A stretch of DNA of 60,720 nucleotides, the filler included, from Actinomycetota bacterium (GTDB taxonomy: Bacteria; Actinomycetota; Acidimicrobiia; IMCC26256; VFJJ01): assembly GCA_009886115.1 (NCBI GenBank). It is 4 parts of 4 records of this genome, joined end to end, with 100 filler letters (N's around TTAATTAATTAA, not from the genome) between each part and the next. Parts side by side here need not be neighbours in the genome. Positions count along the whole stretch, not along the records: positions 1 to 5,318 come from VFJJ01000024.1; positions 5,419 to 32,765 come from VFJJ01000011.1; 2 more parts are not named here. One strand, written 5' to 3'. Positions 1-9,292 of this stretch are shown one piece after another. The translations under genes and the position numbers were made by a program. The number at the start of each line of letters is the position of its first letter. Positions within the stretch are counted from its first letter, which is position 1. The notes below the pieces were generated by a model that saw nothing but the letters and a program-made list of their open reading frames with translations, made no database searches and was not told the DNA's origin.

Positions 1-2049
1 CGGTTGGCGTTGCAGGTCGCGGCGGAGCTTCTGCCGGGGTTCGCGGGGGGAGCGTGGCTGGTCGAGTTGGCGGCGGTGGGTGAGGCCGAGACGTTGCTCG
101 ATGTGATCGCTACGACGTTGGGGGTGAGCGCACCGTTGAATCGTCCGTTGGCCGAGGCGATCTTGGCGTTCCTGCGGGGCCAGCAGCTGTTGGTGGTGCT
201 CGACAACTGTGAGCATCTGCTCGACGCCGCGGCGCGTTGGGCGGCGTCGGTGGCGGCGTCGTGTCCGGGGGTGCGGATCTTGACGACGAGCCGGGAGCCT
301 CTGGGTGTGCGGGGCGAACGGATTCTGGTGGTGCCGTCGCTTCAGGTTCCCGATGTCGGAGCAGATCTGGGTACGATCTTGGGCTCGGACGCGGTGCGGT
401 TGTTCTGCGAGCGGGGCGCCGATGCACGCCACGGGTTCGGGCTCGATGCTGGCAACAGTGCGGCGGTCGCGGAGATCTGCCGGCGGCTCGACGGTATTCC
501 CTTGGCGCTCGAGTTGGCCGCAGCCCGGTTACGTTCGTTGGGTCCAGCCGACATCGCGCAGCGTCTCGATCAACGTTTCCGGCTGCTCACGGGGGGCTCG
601 CGTACCGCGGTGGATCGGCATCGCACGTTACGAGCGGTGGTCGATTGGTCGTATTCGCAGTTGTCGACGTCGGAGCAGTTGGCGCTGCAACGGATCGCGG
701 TGTTCGCCGGCGGGTTCAGTCCAACGGCCGGTGAGGCTGTGACGACCGGCGAGGGAGTCGAGGAGTGGGAGGTCCTCGATCTCCTCGGCCACCTCGTTGA
801 TCGGTCGTTGCTGGTGGCCGACGATCTTGGTGGACGTGTGCGGTACCGGTTGCTCGAGACGATCCGGCAGTTCGCGTTGGAAGAGCTCGATGCGTCAACG
901 GACGCGAACGCAGCCCGGGAACGTCACGCGCTCTATTTCGCGGGGTTCGCCGAGTCGATCCGCACCCAGATGTGGGGTCCCGACGTCGCGATGGCCAGGC
1001 CGGCGTTCGAACGTGAGCTCGACAACCTTCGTGCCGCGGTGACATGGGCGATCGACGCCGGACACGTCGAGGTCGCGGAACGTATCATCGGTGCCCTCGG
1101 GCTCCTCGACGTCGTGTGGCCCCACTACGGGATATGGCAATGGGCCAGCCGCGGGGTAACGGCCGTGGCCGTTGACGATTCGACGTCGATGGTGTTGACC
1201 GCCTACGTAGCCCTGGGCCGAGTGCTACGTGGCGATATTGGTGGGGCAACACTGGCCGGTGTCGTGTCGGCGGCACGTCCCGGCGCCGACGACGAGGCTG
1301 ATCTGATCGCCCAGTTCATGGCCCTGATCGAGCCGATGCTCTCAGGGCGTTTCGACGAGTCGGTTGACTGGTTCGACCGGGTACGCAGCACCCGGTACGA
1401 CGAGTTGCCCGAGGTGGCGACATTGCTCTGCACGATCGGCGCCTACGTAGCAGCCAGTAGCGACCGTGCCGATGTGGGCGCCGGGCTCGCTTCATGGGCT
1501 CTCGCATCGAACGCGGCGAAGCACAGTCCGGTCCTACGGGCATTCGCGTTGGGGAGTCTCGGCGCCAGTCTTCGGTATGTCGATCCGGTGGCAGCACGGC
1601 CGCTGCTCGAAGAGAGCGTCGTGATGGCTCGATCGCTCGACCTCGGGTTTCAGTTGATGGTCGCGCTGCGTCATCTCGGGTGGCTCGTCGGGTTCGAGGC
1701 GCCGTCGGAAGAGTCGGTCGGTTTCCTGCTCGAATCCGTCGAGGCATGGCGCGGTACCGAAGAGACGATCCACCGGCCAGTATCGGTCTACATCGTCGGG
1801 CAGGCGATGCAACGGTGGGGTCGCCCCGAGAACGCCGTCGTGCTGATCGAGGCAGCCCGCGAGATCTCACGAGCCTTCCCTTGGGCCTCGTTCTACGCGC
1901 GTGAGCTCGAAACGAGCCGCCGAGAACTTCGAGAACGGCTCGGCGACGTCCACTACGACGAGCTCCGCAACCACGGAATAGGGCTCACCATCGACCAAGC
2001 CGTCGCCGAAGCCAAAAGATCACTGGAGACGGTACGCCGTGAACTCTGA
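1..2049 (+). CDS. STAND-class (AfsR/Rv0386-like) ATPase with C-terminal helical/TPR-like region, 5'-truncated by window edge
   Basis: Begins just after Walker A (RLALQVA). Has Walker B LLVVLDNCEHL, ILTTSREPL, CRRLDGIPLALELAAAR, RHRTLRAVVDWSY, RYRLLETIRQF and ELDNLRAA. Paralogous to the next gene. Confidence 0.88.
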   Translation, partial: RLALQVAAELLPGFAGGAWLVELAAVGEAETLLDVIATTLGVSAPLNRPLAEAILAFLRGQQLLVVLDNCEHLLDAAARWAASVAASCPGVRILTTSREPLGVRGERILVVPSLQVPDVGADLGTILGSDAVRLFCERGADARHGFGLDAGNSAAVAEICRRLDGIPLALELAAARLRSLGPADIAQRLDQRFRLLTGGSRTAVDRHRTLRAVVDWSYSQLSTSEQLALQRIAVFAGGFSPTAGEAVTTGEGVEEWEVLDLLGHLVDRSLLVADDLGGRVRYRLLETIRQFALEELDASTDANAARERHALYFAGFAESIRTQMWGPDVAMARPAFERELDNLRAAVTWAIDAGHVEVAERIIGALGLLDVVWPHYGIWQWASRGVTAVAVDDSTSMVLTAYVALGRVLRGDIGGATLAGVVSAARPGADDEADLIAQFMALIEPMLSGRFDESVDWFDRVRSTRYDELPEVATLLCTIGAYVAASSDRADVGAGLASWALASNAAKHSPVLRAFALGSLGASLRYVDPVAARPLLEESVVMARSLDLGFQLMVALRHLGWLVGFEAPSEESVGFLLESVEAWRGTEETIHRPVSVYIVGQAMQRWGRPENAVVLIEAAREISRAFPWASFYARELETSRRELRERLGDVHYDELRNHGIGLTIDQAVAEAKRSLETVRREL

Positions 2050-4747
2050 GATCACCCGACCCTCGGGGACCGTGACGTTCTTGTTCAGCGATATCGAGGG
2101 TTCGACGCGTCGGTGGCAGGACGAACCCGAAGCGATGCGGGCCTTGTTGGTGGAGCACGACACGATCCTGCGGGATGTGATCGTCAAGCATCACGGGTAT
2201 CTGTTCAAGCACACCGGCGACGGTGTCGCCGCCGTGTTCGCCTCCGCGGCGGACGCGTGCGCGGCCGCGGTCGACGCGCAGGCCCGGTTGCATGGGGTGT
2301 TGCCGGTGCGGATGGGTTTGCATACCGGTGAGGCCGAGCTGCGGGACGGCGACTATTTCGGTTCGACGTTGAACCGGTGCGCCCGTCTGATGGGTGTTGC
2401 GCATGGCGGCCAGGTCGTGTGCAGCGCAGCGACCGTCGAGTTGGTGCGGGATCGGGACGATCTCACCGATCTGGGTGAGCATCGGCTGCGGGACCTGTCC
2501 CGTCCCGAGCGTGTGTGGCAGGTTGGCGGCGGCGACTTTTCCCGGTTGCGGTCGTTGGACGCGGCGCGGACGAATTTGCCGTTGTTGGGGAACGTGTTCG
2601 TGGGCCGCCAATCGGAGATGGTCGAGATCGTCGGGGCGCTCGGCGAGTCGCGCCTGGTGACGTTGACGGGGGTGGGTGGCGTGGGCAAGACCCGCCTGGC
2701 CGTGCAGGTCGCCGCCGAGCTGCTGCCCGGCTTCGCGGACGGGGTGTGGGTGTGTGAGCTCGCTGCCGCGTCGACGGGCGAGGATATGGTCCAGGTGGTG
2801 GCGTCGGCGTTGGGTGTGGTGCAACGCCAGCAGATGACCTTGGCCGGATCGATCGTCGATTTCTTACGTACCCGCCAGGTCCTGGTCGTCCTAGACAACT
2901 GTGAGCATCTCCTCGACGCTGCCGCGGAGCTCGCCGAGGACATCCTGGCCGGTGCTACGCAGGTGCGGGTCTTGGCGACGAGCCGGGAAGGGTTCGGGAT
3001 CGCCGAGGAGCGGGTGCGGCCCTTGCGGTCGTTGTCGGTCGCCTCTGAGAGCGGAGAGACGAGCGATGCGGTGGTGTTGTTCGTGGAGCGGGCCCGGGCG
3101 GTCGCCCCCGGGTTCGTCCTCGACGCCGCGACCGTTCCGGTGGTGGTGGAGTTGTGTCGTCGCCTGGATGGGATCCCGTTGGCGATCGAGCTGGCTGCGG
3201 CTCGGGTGGCGACGATGGCCCCAGCGGAGATCGTCGGGCATCTCGATGAACGGTTCCGTCTGCTCACCGGGGGCCGGCGGGGCCGGGTCGAACGACACCA
3301 GACGCTACGCGCCGCGATCGAATGGTCCTACTCGCTCCTCGACGACACCGAACGCACGGTGTTCGACCGGCTGGGCGTGTTCCCGGCCAGCTTCGACGAG
3401 GCCGCCGCCATCGCCGTGGCCACGGGCGAGGGGGTCGAGCGGTGGGATGTGATCGATACGCTGGCCAGCCTGGCCGCGAAGTCGATGATCGGCGCGGAAC
3501 CTGCTGGGACCACGACCCGTTACCAGTTGCTCGAGACGCTCCGACACTTCGCGCGCGAGCAGGCAGGTGAGGAACTCGACGGGTTGCGGCGTCGTCACGC
3601 CGCCCACTACGCCACCCTGGCCGAGCAGATCGGCTCCGGACTGTTGAGCCGAGATGAGCTGGTGTGGCGGCCGCGACTCGCCGTCGAGCTCGACAACGTA
3701 CGGGCCGCGGTCGGCTGGGCGTTCGATGCCCCCGACCTCGACGACGTGACGTTCGGCGTCCGGATCCTCGACGGGCTGGTCTTCGAGGCGCTCCAGCAGC
3801 CTTCGTGGGGAATCCAGGCGTGGGTGGCGGCCGCCCTGGCCCGGGTCGACCAGCTCGAGGCCACGCGGCGCGTGGGCGTATACGCCGCGGCGAGCATCGA
3901 AGCCTTCAGCCTGGGCGACATGGACCGGACCGGGATGCTCGGCCGGCCGGTCATCGCCGAATCCGCCACATTCACGCCTGCCCTCTACACCGCGCTGTGC
4001 ATGGTCAGCACCTCCTATGTGGCAAGAAGCGACCCGGCTGCCGCGATGGCCGTCCTCGCCGAGGGCCGCCGGCTCCTCCCCGCCGACGCCATCGACGACT
4101 GGCCGGCCTGCGCACTCCACAACCTCACCGCCGCGATCGCCAACCTCACCGGTGACCACGACACCGCCCGCTCCGAAGTACTACAAGGCGTCGCGGTCGC
4201 CCGCCGGGTCGGGATGCCGTCACTGCTCGCCGCCGCTCTGTCGATCCATGGACAGGTCCTGTGCGACGAGAACCCCCAAGATGCCCTCTCGGCACTCGAC
4301 GAGGCCATCCGGCTCTTCGAGGCCGGTGCCGGCAACGTGATGTATCCCCCGACGCTGATGATCTCGGCTGTCCTGCGGGCCGGTGCCGGTAATTTGACCG
4401 GCGCGGTCCGGGCCGTCCACACGGTCGTCGGCCAGGCCGTCCGCAACGGCAGGCGCCCCGACCTGGCGGACGGAGTCGCGATCGCAGCCCTCGTGTTGGC
4501 CGGGAACCCCGACAGCTACGTAGCGGCGGCAACCCTCGGTGGTGCCCGCCACGGCCTGTCGCTCGGCCAGATCGGCGCGATCTACTCGGCGATCCACCAG
4601 GGGCGCTACGACCGTGCCCTCGAGCAGGTCGCCACCAGCCTCGGCCACGACGCCTACACCAACGCCCGGCAACACGGCGCCGCCATGACCTACGACGAGA
4701 TCATCGCTTACACACTCGATCAACTCGCCCGCCTCACCGACCGTTGA
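2039..4747 (+). CDS. Class III adenylate/guanylate cyclase-STAND ATPase fusion protein
   Basis: Cyclase motifs TFLFSDIEGST, KHTGDG, VRMGLHTGE and DYFGSTLNRCAR. Walker A GVGGVGKT, Walker B VVLDNCEH and LDGIPLAIELAAAR. GTG start overlaps the previous gene by 11 nt. Confidence 0.93.
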   Translation: MNSEITRPSGTVTFLFSDIEGSTRRWQDEPEAMRALLVEHDTILRDVIVKHHGYLFKHTGDGVAAVFASAADACAAAVDAQARLHGVLPVRMGLHTGEAELRDGDYFGSTLNRCARLMGVAHGGQVVCSAATVELVRDRDDLTDLGEHRLRDLSRPERVWQVGGGDFSRLRSLDAARTNLPLLGNVFVGRQSEMVEIVGALGESRLVTLTGVGGVGKTRLAVQVAAELLPGFADGVWVCELAAASTGEDMVQVVASALGVVQRQQMTLAGSIVDFLRTRQVLVVLDNCEHLLDAAAELAEDILAGATQVRVLATSREGFGIAEERVRPLRSLSVASESGETSDAVVLFVERARAVAPGFVLDAATVPVVVELCRRLDGIPLAIELAAARVATMAPAEIVGHLDERFRLLTGGRRGRVERHQTLRAAIEWSYSLLDDTERTVFDRLGVFPASFDEAAAIAVATGEGVERWDVIDTLASLAAKSMIGAEPAGTTTRYQLLETLRHFAREQAGEELDGLRRRHAAHYATLAEQIGSGLLSRDELVWRPRLAVELDNVRAAVGWAFDAPDLDDVTFGVRILDGLVFEALQQPSWGIQAWVAAALARVDQLEATRRVGVYAAASIEAFSLGDMDRTGMLGRPVIAESATFTPALYTALCMVSTSYVARSDPAAAMAVLAEGRRLLPADAIDDWPACALHNLTAAIANLTGDHDTARSEVLQGVAVARRVGMPSLLAAALSIHGQVLCDENPQDALSALDEAIRLFEAGAGNVMYPPTLMISAVLRAGAGNLTGAVRAVHTVVGQAVRNGRRPDLADGVAIAALVLAGNPDSYVAAATLGGARHGLSLGQIGAIYSAIHQGRYDRALEQVATSLGHDAYTNARQHGAAMTYDEIIAYTLDQLARLTDR

Positions 4748-4792
4748 CGGTCCCCCGGTCTGGTGTGAGGTTCGCCACAGGCCCTGACACGT

Positions 4793-4818
4793 GATCCCAG
4801 CAGATCGGGACTGGGATC
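4793..4818 (+). terminator. Possible intrinsic terminator hairpin
   Basis: GATCCCAG-N10-CTGGGATC followed by TTCCTT, 46 nt after the cyclase-STAND stop. Confidence 0.3.
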
Positions 4819-5160
4819 TTCCTTGTCGTCGTCTCATCCGGCTTTCTCGCCTGCGTGGAGTGCACCGGGTATTGGTTGGCGGCGGTCACCGGGACGAACA
4901 CCAGCGACGGCACGCCGTCGATCCCACCCTCGACCTCGTCGGACGCATCGAACGTCACCGGCACCCCGACGTCGCCGACCACCGTCATCATCTGGCGGTC
5001 GACGCCCACCACGACCATCGACGCACCGCGCCCGCACCCTGGTGTCCAGGGTCAGTGACGCACAGCTGAGGTCGAGGTCCCAGGTCTCGGCTTCTTCGTG
5101 CGGGGGACCGGTCCTGACCGATCGGTGTCGGCATGATCGTGATTGTCCCGATGTCGGGAT

Positions 5161-5318
5161 AACCACGACCTGAGACATACCTGTGCGGCGTTCCTCGTGG
5201 CCGAGGACGCTGACAGACGCTCGTCCGCTCGTCGTGAAGGAGCGCCTGGAGCACTCGTCGATCACCGTGACGATGGACCGCTACGGGCATCTCTTCCCCG
5301 AGCTCGACGAGGCCGTCA
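5161..5318 (+). pseudogene. Tyrosine recombinase/integrase C-terminal remnant, frameshifted, cut by contig end
   Basis: HDLRHTCAAFLVAEDA in one frame continues as RPLVVKERLEHSSITVTMDRYGHLFPELDEAV in another. These are the HxLRH, LGH-like and catalytic Tyr motifs. The frame is broken by a 10-nt insertion at ~5212-5221, and no upstream integrase ORF is present. Confidence 0.85.
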
Positions 5319-5418
5319 NNNNNNNNNNNNNNNNNNNNNNNNNNNNNNNNNNNNNNNNNNNNTTAATTAATTAANNNNNNNNNNNNNNNNNNNNNNNNNN
5401 NNNNNNNNNNNNNNNNNN
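5319..5418. other. Artificial contig linker
   Basis: N44-TTAATTAATTAA-N44 (stops in all six frames); same structure three times in the window. Confidence 0.97.
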
Positions 5419-6815
5419 ATCCCGATGTCGTGGGTCAGGTGATCCTCTCGACCCTGGGCGTGCGCCAGCGCGAGGCCATGACGGTCACCGAGAGCCTCGT
5501 CGAGTACCTCGCGGCCCGGGGCGCCCTCCTGGTGATCGACAACTGCGAGCATCTCCTCGACGCGGTCGCCGCCGTGGTCGAGCCCATCATGCGAGCGTGC
5601 GCGACGACCCGCATCCTTGCCACGAGTCGGGAGGGCCTCGGCGTTCCCGGGGAGCGGCTCGTTGCCGTGCGGACGCTGCCGACGCCGTCGATCGACACCC
5701 CGCTCGGCGATCTCCCGCAGTCGGCCGCGGTCGAGCTGTTCGTCGATCGGGCCCGCGCCGCCGACGCGGGCTTCGAGCTCGCCGTCGACACCGCCGACAC
5801 CGACCGGGCCATGCGCCTGTGCGCCGCGTTGGAGTTCTTCACCTGGACCCGTCACACCTTCGGTATCCACGACTGGTGCCAGCAGGCGCTCGGTCTCGCT
5901 GGCGCCGACGAGCATCCCGAAGCGGCACGAGTCTGTGGTCTGGCCGCCATCGGCCTGATCATGACCGGCGGTGACATGGGATCAATCGACGAGCTCGCTC
6001 GCCGGGGCATCGCCGCCGAGTGCGCCGGCACCGCCCTACCCAGCCACGAGCCTTGGACCGCTCTCGGTTCGGTGGCGCTCATGACCGGGAGGGTTTCCGA
6101 GGGAGTCGAGGCCTGGCGGACCGCTCTCGAACGCGCTCTCGATGCAAGTGACCCGGGGATCGTCGCCCAGATCGAGGCCAACCTGGTCTTCGCGCTGGGC
6201 CTCGACGATAGTCACACCGCTGAAGCCGAGGCACTGGGAGCGCAGGCGCTCGCACGCGCCCGGACCGTGGGATCACCGTCGATCATCGCCTGGGCGTCAG
6301 CCTGGCTGGCGCTGATCGTCTTCGAGCGCGATCGCGTTCCCCTGCGCACGCTGGCCGCCGAGATCTTCACCACGGCTCGCACGACGGGAAGCGACTACGT
6401 GATCGGCGCGATTGACGCCTCGATCCGGGTGTCCTACAGGCAAGGATTGGCGGAGGACGCGCTGCTCACTCCGGCCGAGTACTTCGGCCACCTGCGACGA
6501 CTGGGCAACCTCTGGGGACTGTGGCTCCACCTGCCGATCGTCGGGCTCATCGCCGCCGACCACGGCCGCCTCGACATCGCCTGCGGCTGCTTTGCCACGA
6601 TCCCCGAGGGTTTCACGGGGTTCCCCGAGCTGGTCGAGCCCCTCGCTCAGGCCCGGTCGCGGATCGCCGCTGAGCTCGACCCAACCCTCGCTGCGCAGCA
6701 CGCGACCCGGGTCGCGGCGATGACCGTCACCGAGCTCGCCGACTTCGGCGCCGACTCGGCGCGTGAGCTGCTCGACGCCATCCGGGCCGGCAGGATCGTC
6801 CGGACGAGCGTCTGA
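5419..6815 (+). pseudogene. STAND ATPase/TPR-like protein, 5'-truncated by contig start and with an in-frame internal deletion of about 200 aa
   Basis: LLVIDNCEHLL, RILATSREGL and AVELFVDRARA..GFEL join directly to AVDTADTDRAMRL. The GxPLA/winged-helix segment present in both paralogs at 1-4747 is missing. Confidence 0.75.
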
Positions 6816-6882
6816 AGAAAACCCGTGCGCGGCCAGCGAGAGCGGGCGATACTGGTCAGGACCCGTTCACAGGAGGCGTCCC

Positions 6883-7245
6883 ATGGCTGGAATGATCCGC
6901 AAGAGCTTGAACTCTCCCGAGGAAACCCGTCCGTTCGAGGCTGGCAAGGGCAAGCTGGAGTTCGTGAACCTCGACTCCGGAGGCGTGGGGAGGGCGACGT
7001 TCGAGCCCGGTTGGAAGTGGTCGGAGCACGTCAAGCCGATCGCCAAGACCGACAGCTGTCAGGCTGCCCACGTCGGCTACTTCATCTCGGGTCGGATGAA
7101 TGTCGTCATGGACGACGGCGAGGAGATGGAGTTCGGTCCCGGTGACTTCTCGGTCATCCCGCCCGGGCACGATGCCTGGATCGTCGGTGACGAGCCATGC
7201 GTCGTCATCGACTGGCAGGGCTTCACCGACTACGCGAAGCAGTAG
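6883..7245 (+). CDS. Cupin domain protein
   Basis: AGGAGG RBS at 6871. Motifs FEPGWKWSEHVKPIA..SCQAAHVGY and IPPGHDAWIVGDEPCV. Confidence 0.9.
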   Translation: MAGMIRKSLNSPEETRPFEAGKGKLEFVNLDSGGVGRATFEPGWKWSEHVKPIAKTDSCQAAHVGYFISGRMNVVMDDGEEMEFGPGDFSVIPPGHDAWIVGDEPCVVIDWQGFTDYAKQ

Positions 7246-7251
7246 CCGAGA

Positions 7252-7285
7252 GAACAGGACCGGGTCGTCAGACCTGGCCCTGTTC
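7252..7285 (+). terminator. Hairpin after cupin gene (probable terminator/3' stabiliser)
   Basis: GAACAGG-AC-CGGGTC-gtca-GACCTG-GC-CCTGTTC inverted repeat 7 nt after the stop codon. Confidence 0.45.
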
Positions 7286-7407
7286 GGCAGCGCCGCTCGG
7301 TCGATGGGATCTCAGTGCAATCAACCAGCTCCCTGAGCGTTGCGTTGACCAACGCCCTCCCGAAGCCGATCGTGGGCCGGCGCGGTAAGCCCAATTCTTG
7401 GGCTCCG

Positions 7408-7470
7408 GTCCTCAATCAGTCCTCAGCGGTCCTCAAAAAGTCCTCAGAATGGCGGTCGAGGGCGGTCGAG
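7408..7470. repeat. Helically phased direct repeats (4x GTCCTCA) plus 2x GGCGGTCGAG; candidate integrase arm-type sites
   Basis: GTCCTCA at 7408, 7419, 7429 and 7440 (spacing 11/10/11). GGCGGTCGAG at 7451 and 7461. The array lies ~70-130 nt beyond the rnpB 3' end. Confidence 0.8.
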
Positions 7471-7536
7471 GGCGCGTCATGACGGACAATAAACTCGCTG
7501 GTCAGAGCTACATTTCGGCGAGAATGACGAGGTGGT

Positions 7537-7955
<419 letters not shown>

Positions 7956-7992
7956 GCCCGCATCCTCGCACGCGGCCACGGGCAACCGGGGA

Positions 7993-8415
7993 TCAGCCGG
8001 AGCGGGGTGGCGCCCGGAACGCCTTGCGGGCCCCGGCGATGGCGCCGACGATGCCCAGCCCGATCCCGTAGAGCGCGAACGAGGCGAGGGACCACGCTCG
8101 GTACCCGACCTCACCGTTGGCGATCAGCCCGACGATCGCCCGGAGCGTCGCCCACGTCCCCATCGACCCGAGCCCGGCCAGCGCGCCGTGGGCGAGCGGG
8201 GTCTCGGGGGCCCTGAGGCCCGCCGCCTGCCCGGCCATGAACAGCGCCACCAGCACGCCGAAGAAGATGAGGATGCGCCACCCGCCGTCGGTGTTCGACG
8301 GGTCGTCGACGAGAGCTCCGAGCACGCCGAGCGGCACGATCCCAGCGAGGCCGGTGCCAACGCCGCGTATCACGGCGGGCCAGCGAATCTCCAACTCCCC
8401 GAACGGGCGCGCCAT
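7993..8415 (-). CDS. Small four-helix membrane protein of unknown function
   Basis: About 140 aa with several hydrophobic Gly/Ala-rich segments; lies upstream of rnpB on the same strand. Confidence 0.7.
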   Translation of the reverse strand: MARPFGELEIRWPAVIRGVGTGLAGIVPLGVLGALVDDPSNTDGGWRILIFFGVLVALFMAGQAAGLRAPETPLAHGALAGLGSMGTWATLRAIVGLIANGEVGYRAWSLASFALYGIGLGIVGAIAGARKAFRAPPRSG

Positions 8416-8635
8416 CACCGCCAAGCGTGCCAGATACCGTGGGATGGCGAGGGATCGTGTCCGAGAGCTCGATCGTCAGACATGCCCGAGTCGTGCCGTG
8501 CTGGGCTCGGTCGACTCGTCAAGGATCGACCGCCGATCGGCCGATGGACCTGGAGCCTGGCCGTCTGCGCGCCGCCTTCGGTTCACCTTCGACCGCCATG
8601 ATCCAGAGGTGGAGATTCCGAGGGGTTCGTGGGAA

Positions 8636-8644
8636 TTGTCCACA
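8636..8644 (+). promoter_or_regulatory. Perfect actinobacterial-type DnaA box upstream of whiB-family gene
   Basis: TTGTCCACA, 99 nt upstream of the whiB ATG in an AT-richer intergenic region; single copy. Confidence 0.35.
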
Positions 8645-8742
8645 TTTGGCTCAAGTCATGGTCATTTTGGGCCGATACCTCGTTCGCATTTCCAGTCCAG
8701 TGTGCGTGCCACGCCCCCCTCGGGCAGAAGGGGTTCACCCCG

Positions 8743-8991
8743 ATGAACACGACCGTGACATTGACGTGGAAACAACAGGCCCGGTGCCTCGGGGTCGACC
8801 CTGAGATCTTCTATCCCGACGAGGAAGACGAAGCCGGCGCCGAGATCGCCAAGCAGATCTGTGCATCGTGCCCGGTCGCCGAGGTGTGCCTCGAGCACGC
8901 CATCGCCGTTCGTGAGAAGTGGGGCGTCTGGGGTGGTCTCACCGCTCGGGAGCGTCGCCGCATCATCCGCCGTCGCCGCCGCAGTGCCTGA
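8743..8991 (+). CDS. WhiB-family Fe-S transcription regulator (WhiB/WhiB2-like)
   Basis: W..QARC..DPEIFYP, AKQICASCPV..CLEHA, GVWGGLTARER and a basic C-terminal tail. Four conserved Cys. Confidence 0.95.
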   Translation: MNTTVTLTWKQQARCLGVDPEIFYPDEEDEAGAEIAKQICASCPVAEVCLEHAIAVREKWGVWGGLTARERRRIIRRRRRSA

Positions 8992-9292
8992 CATCGAGCC
9001 GGTGGTGCCGGGCACAGGCTCCGGCCCGCCAGGCCGACAGGCCCGGACCTCCCGGGCCGGCTGAATCGCACACGAGATGCCCCCGTCGACGCTCGCAGGG
9101 GCATCGACGCGCCCGGCTGCCGATGTCGCCCGCCGGTCGCCAGCTAGCCTGGAGCGGCGAGCGCGCACACACGCATCTCTTCATCCCGTCCGAGTTCGAC
9201 GGGCGTGACGGGCTGGCGGTGCAGCGAGCCGCCTGCACTCTGTGGTGCGCAGTGATGCAGTGTCGACGGCGATCGGGTGGGGCGAGCATCAG

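Noticed and set aside
4734..5160. Short ORFs between the cyclase gene and the integrase remnant
   Set aside because: No recognisable motif or start signal; may be decayed DNA but cannot be supported.
5319..5418. TTAATTAATTAA palindromes within N runs (also 32766-32865 and 55016-55115) as biological repeats
   Set aside because: Identical 100-nt construct with stops in all frames: an artificial contig joiner. ORFs running into it are not real.
7408..7470. Short repeats as a CRISPR array or plasmid iterons
   Set aside because: Units are 7-10 bp with 3-4 bp gaps; there are no spacers, cas genes or rep gene.
8992..9292. trp attenuator/leader peptide upstream of trpD
   Set aside because: No short ORF with tandem Trp codons and no terminator/antiterminator pair seen; only GC-rich hairpins.
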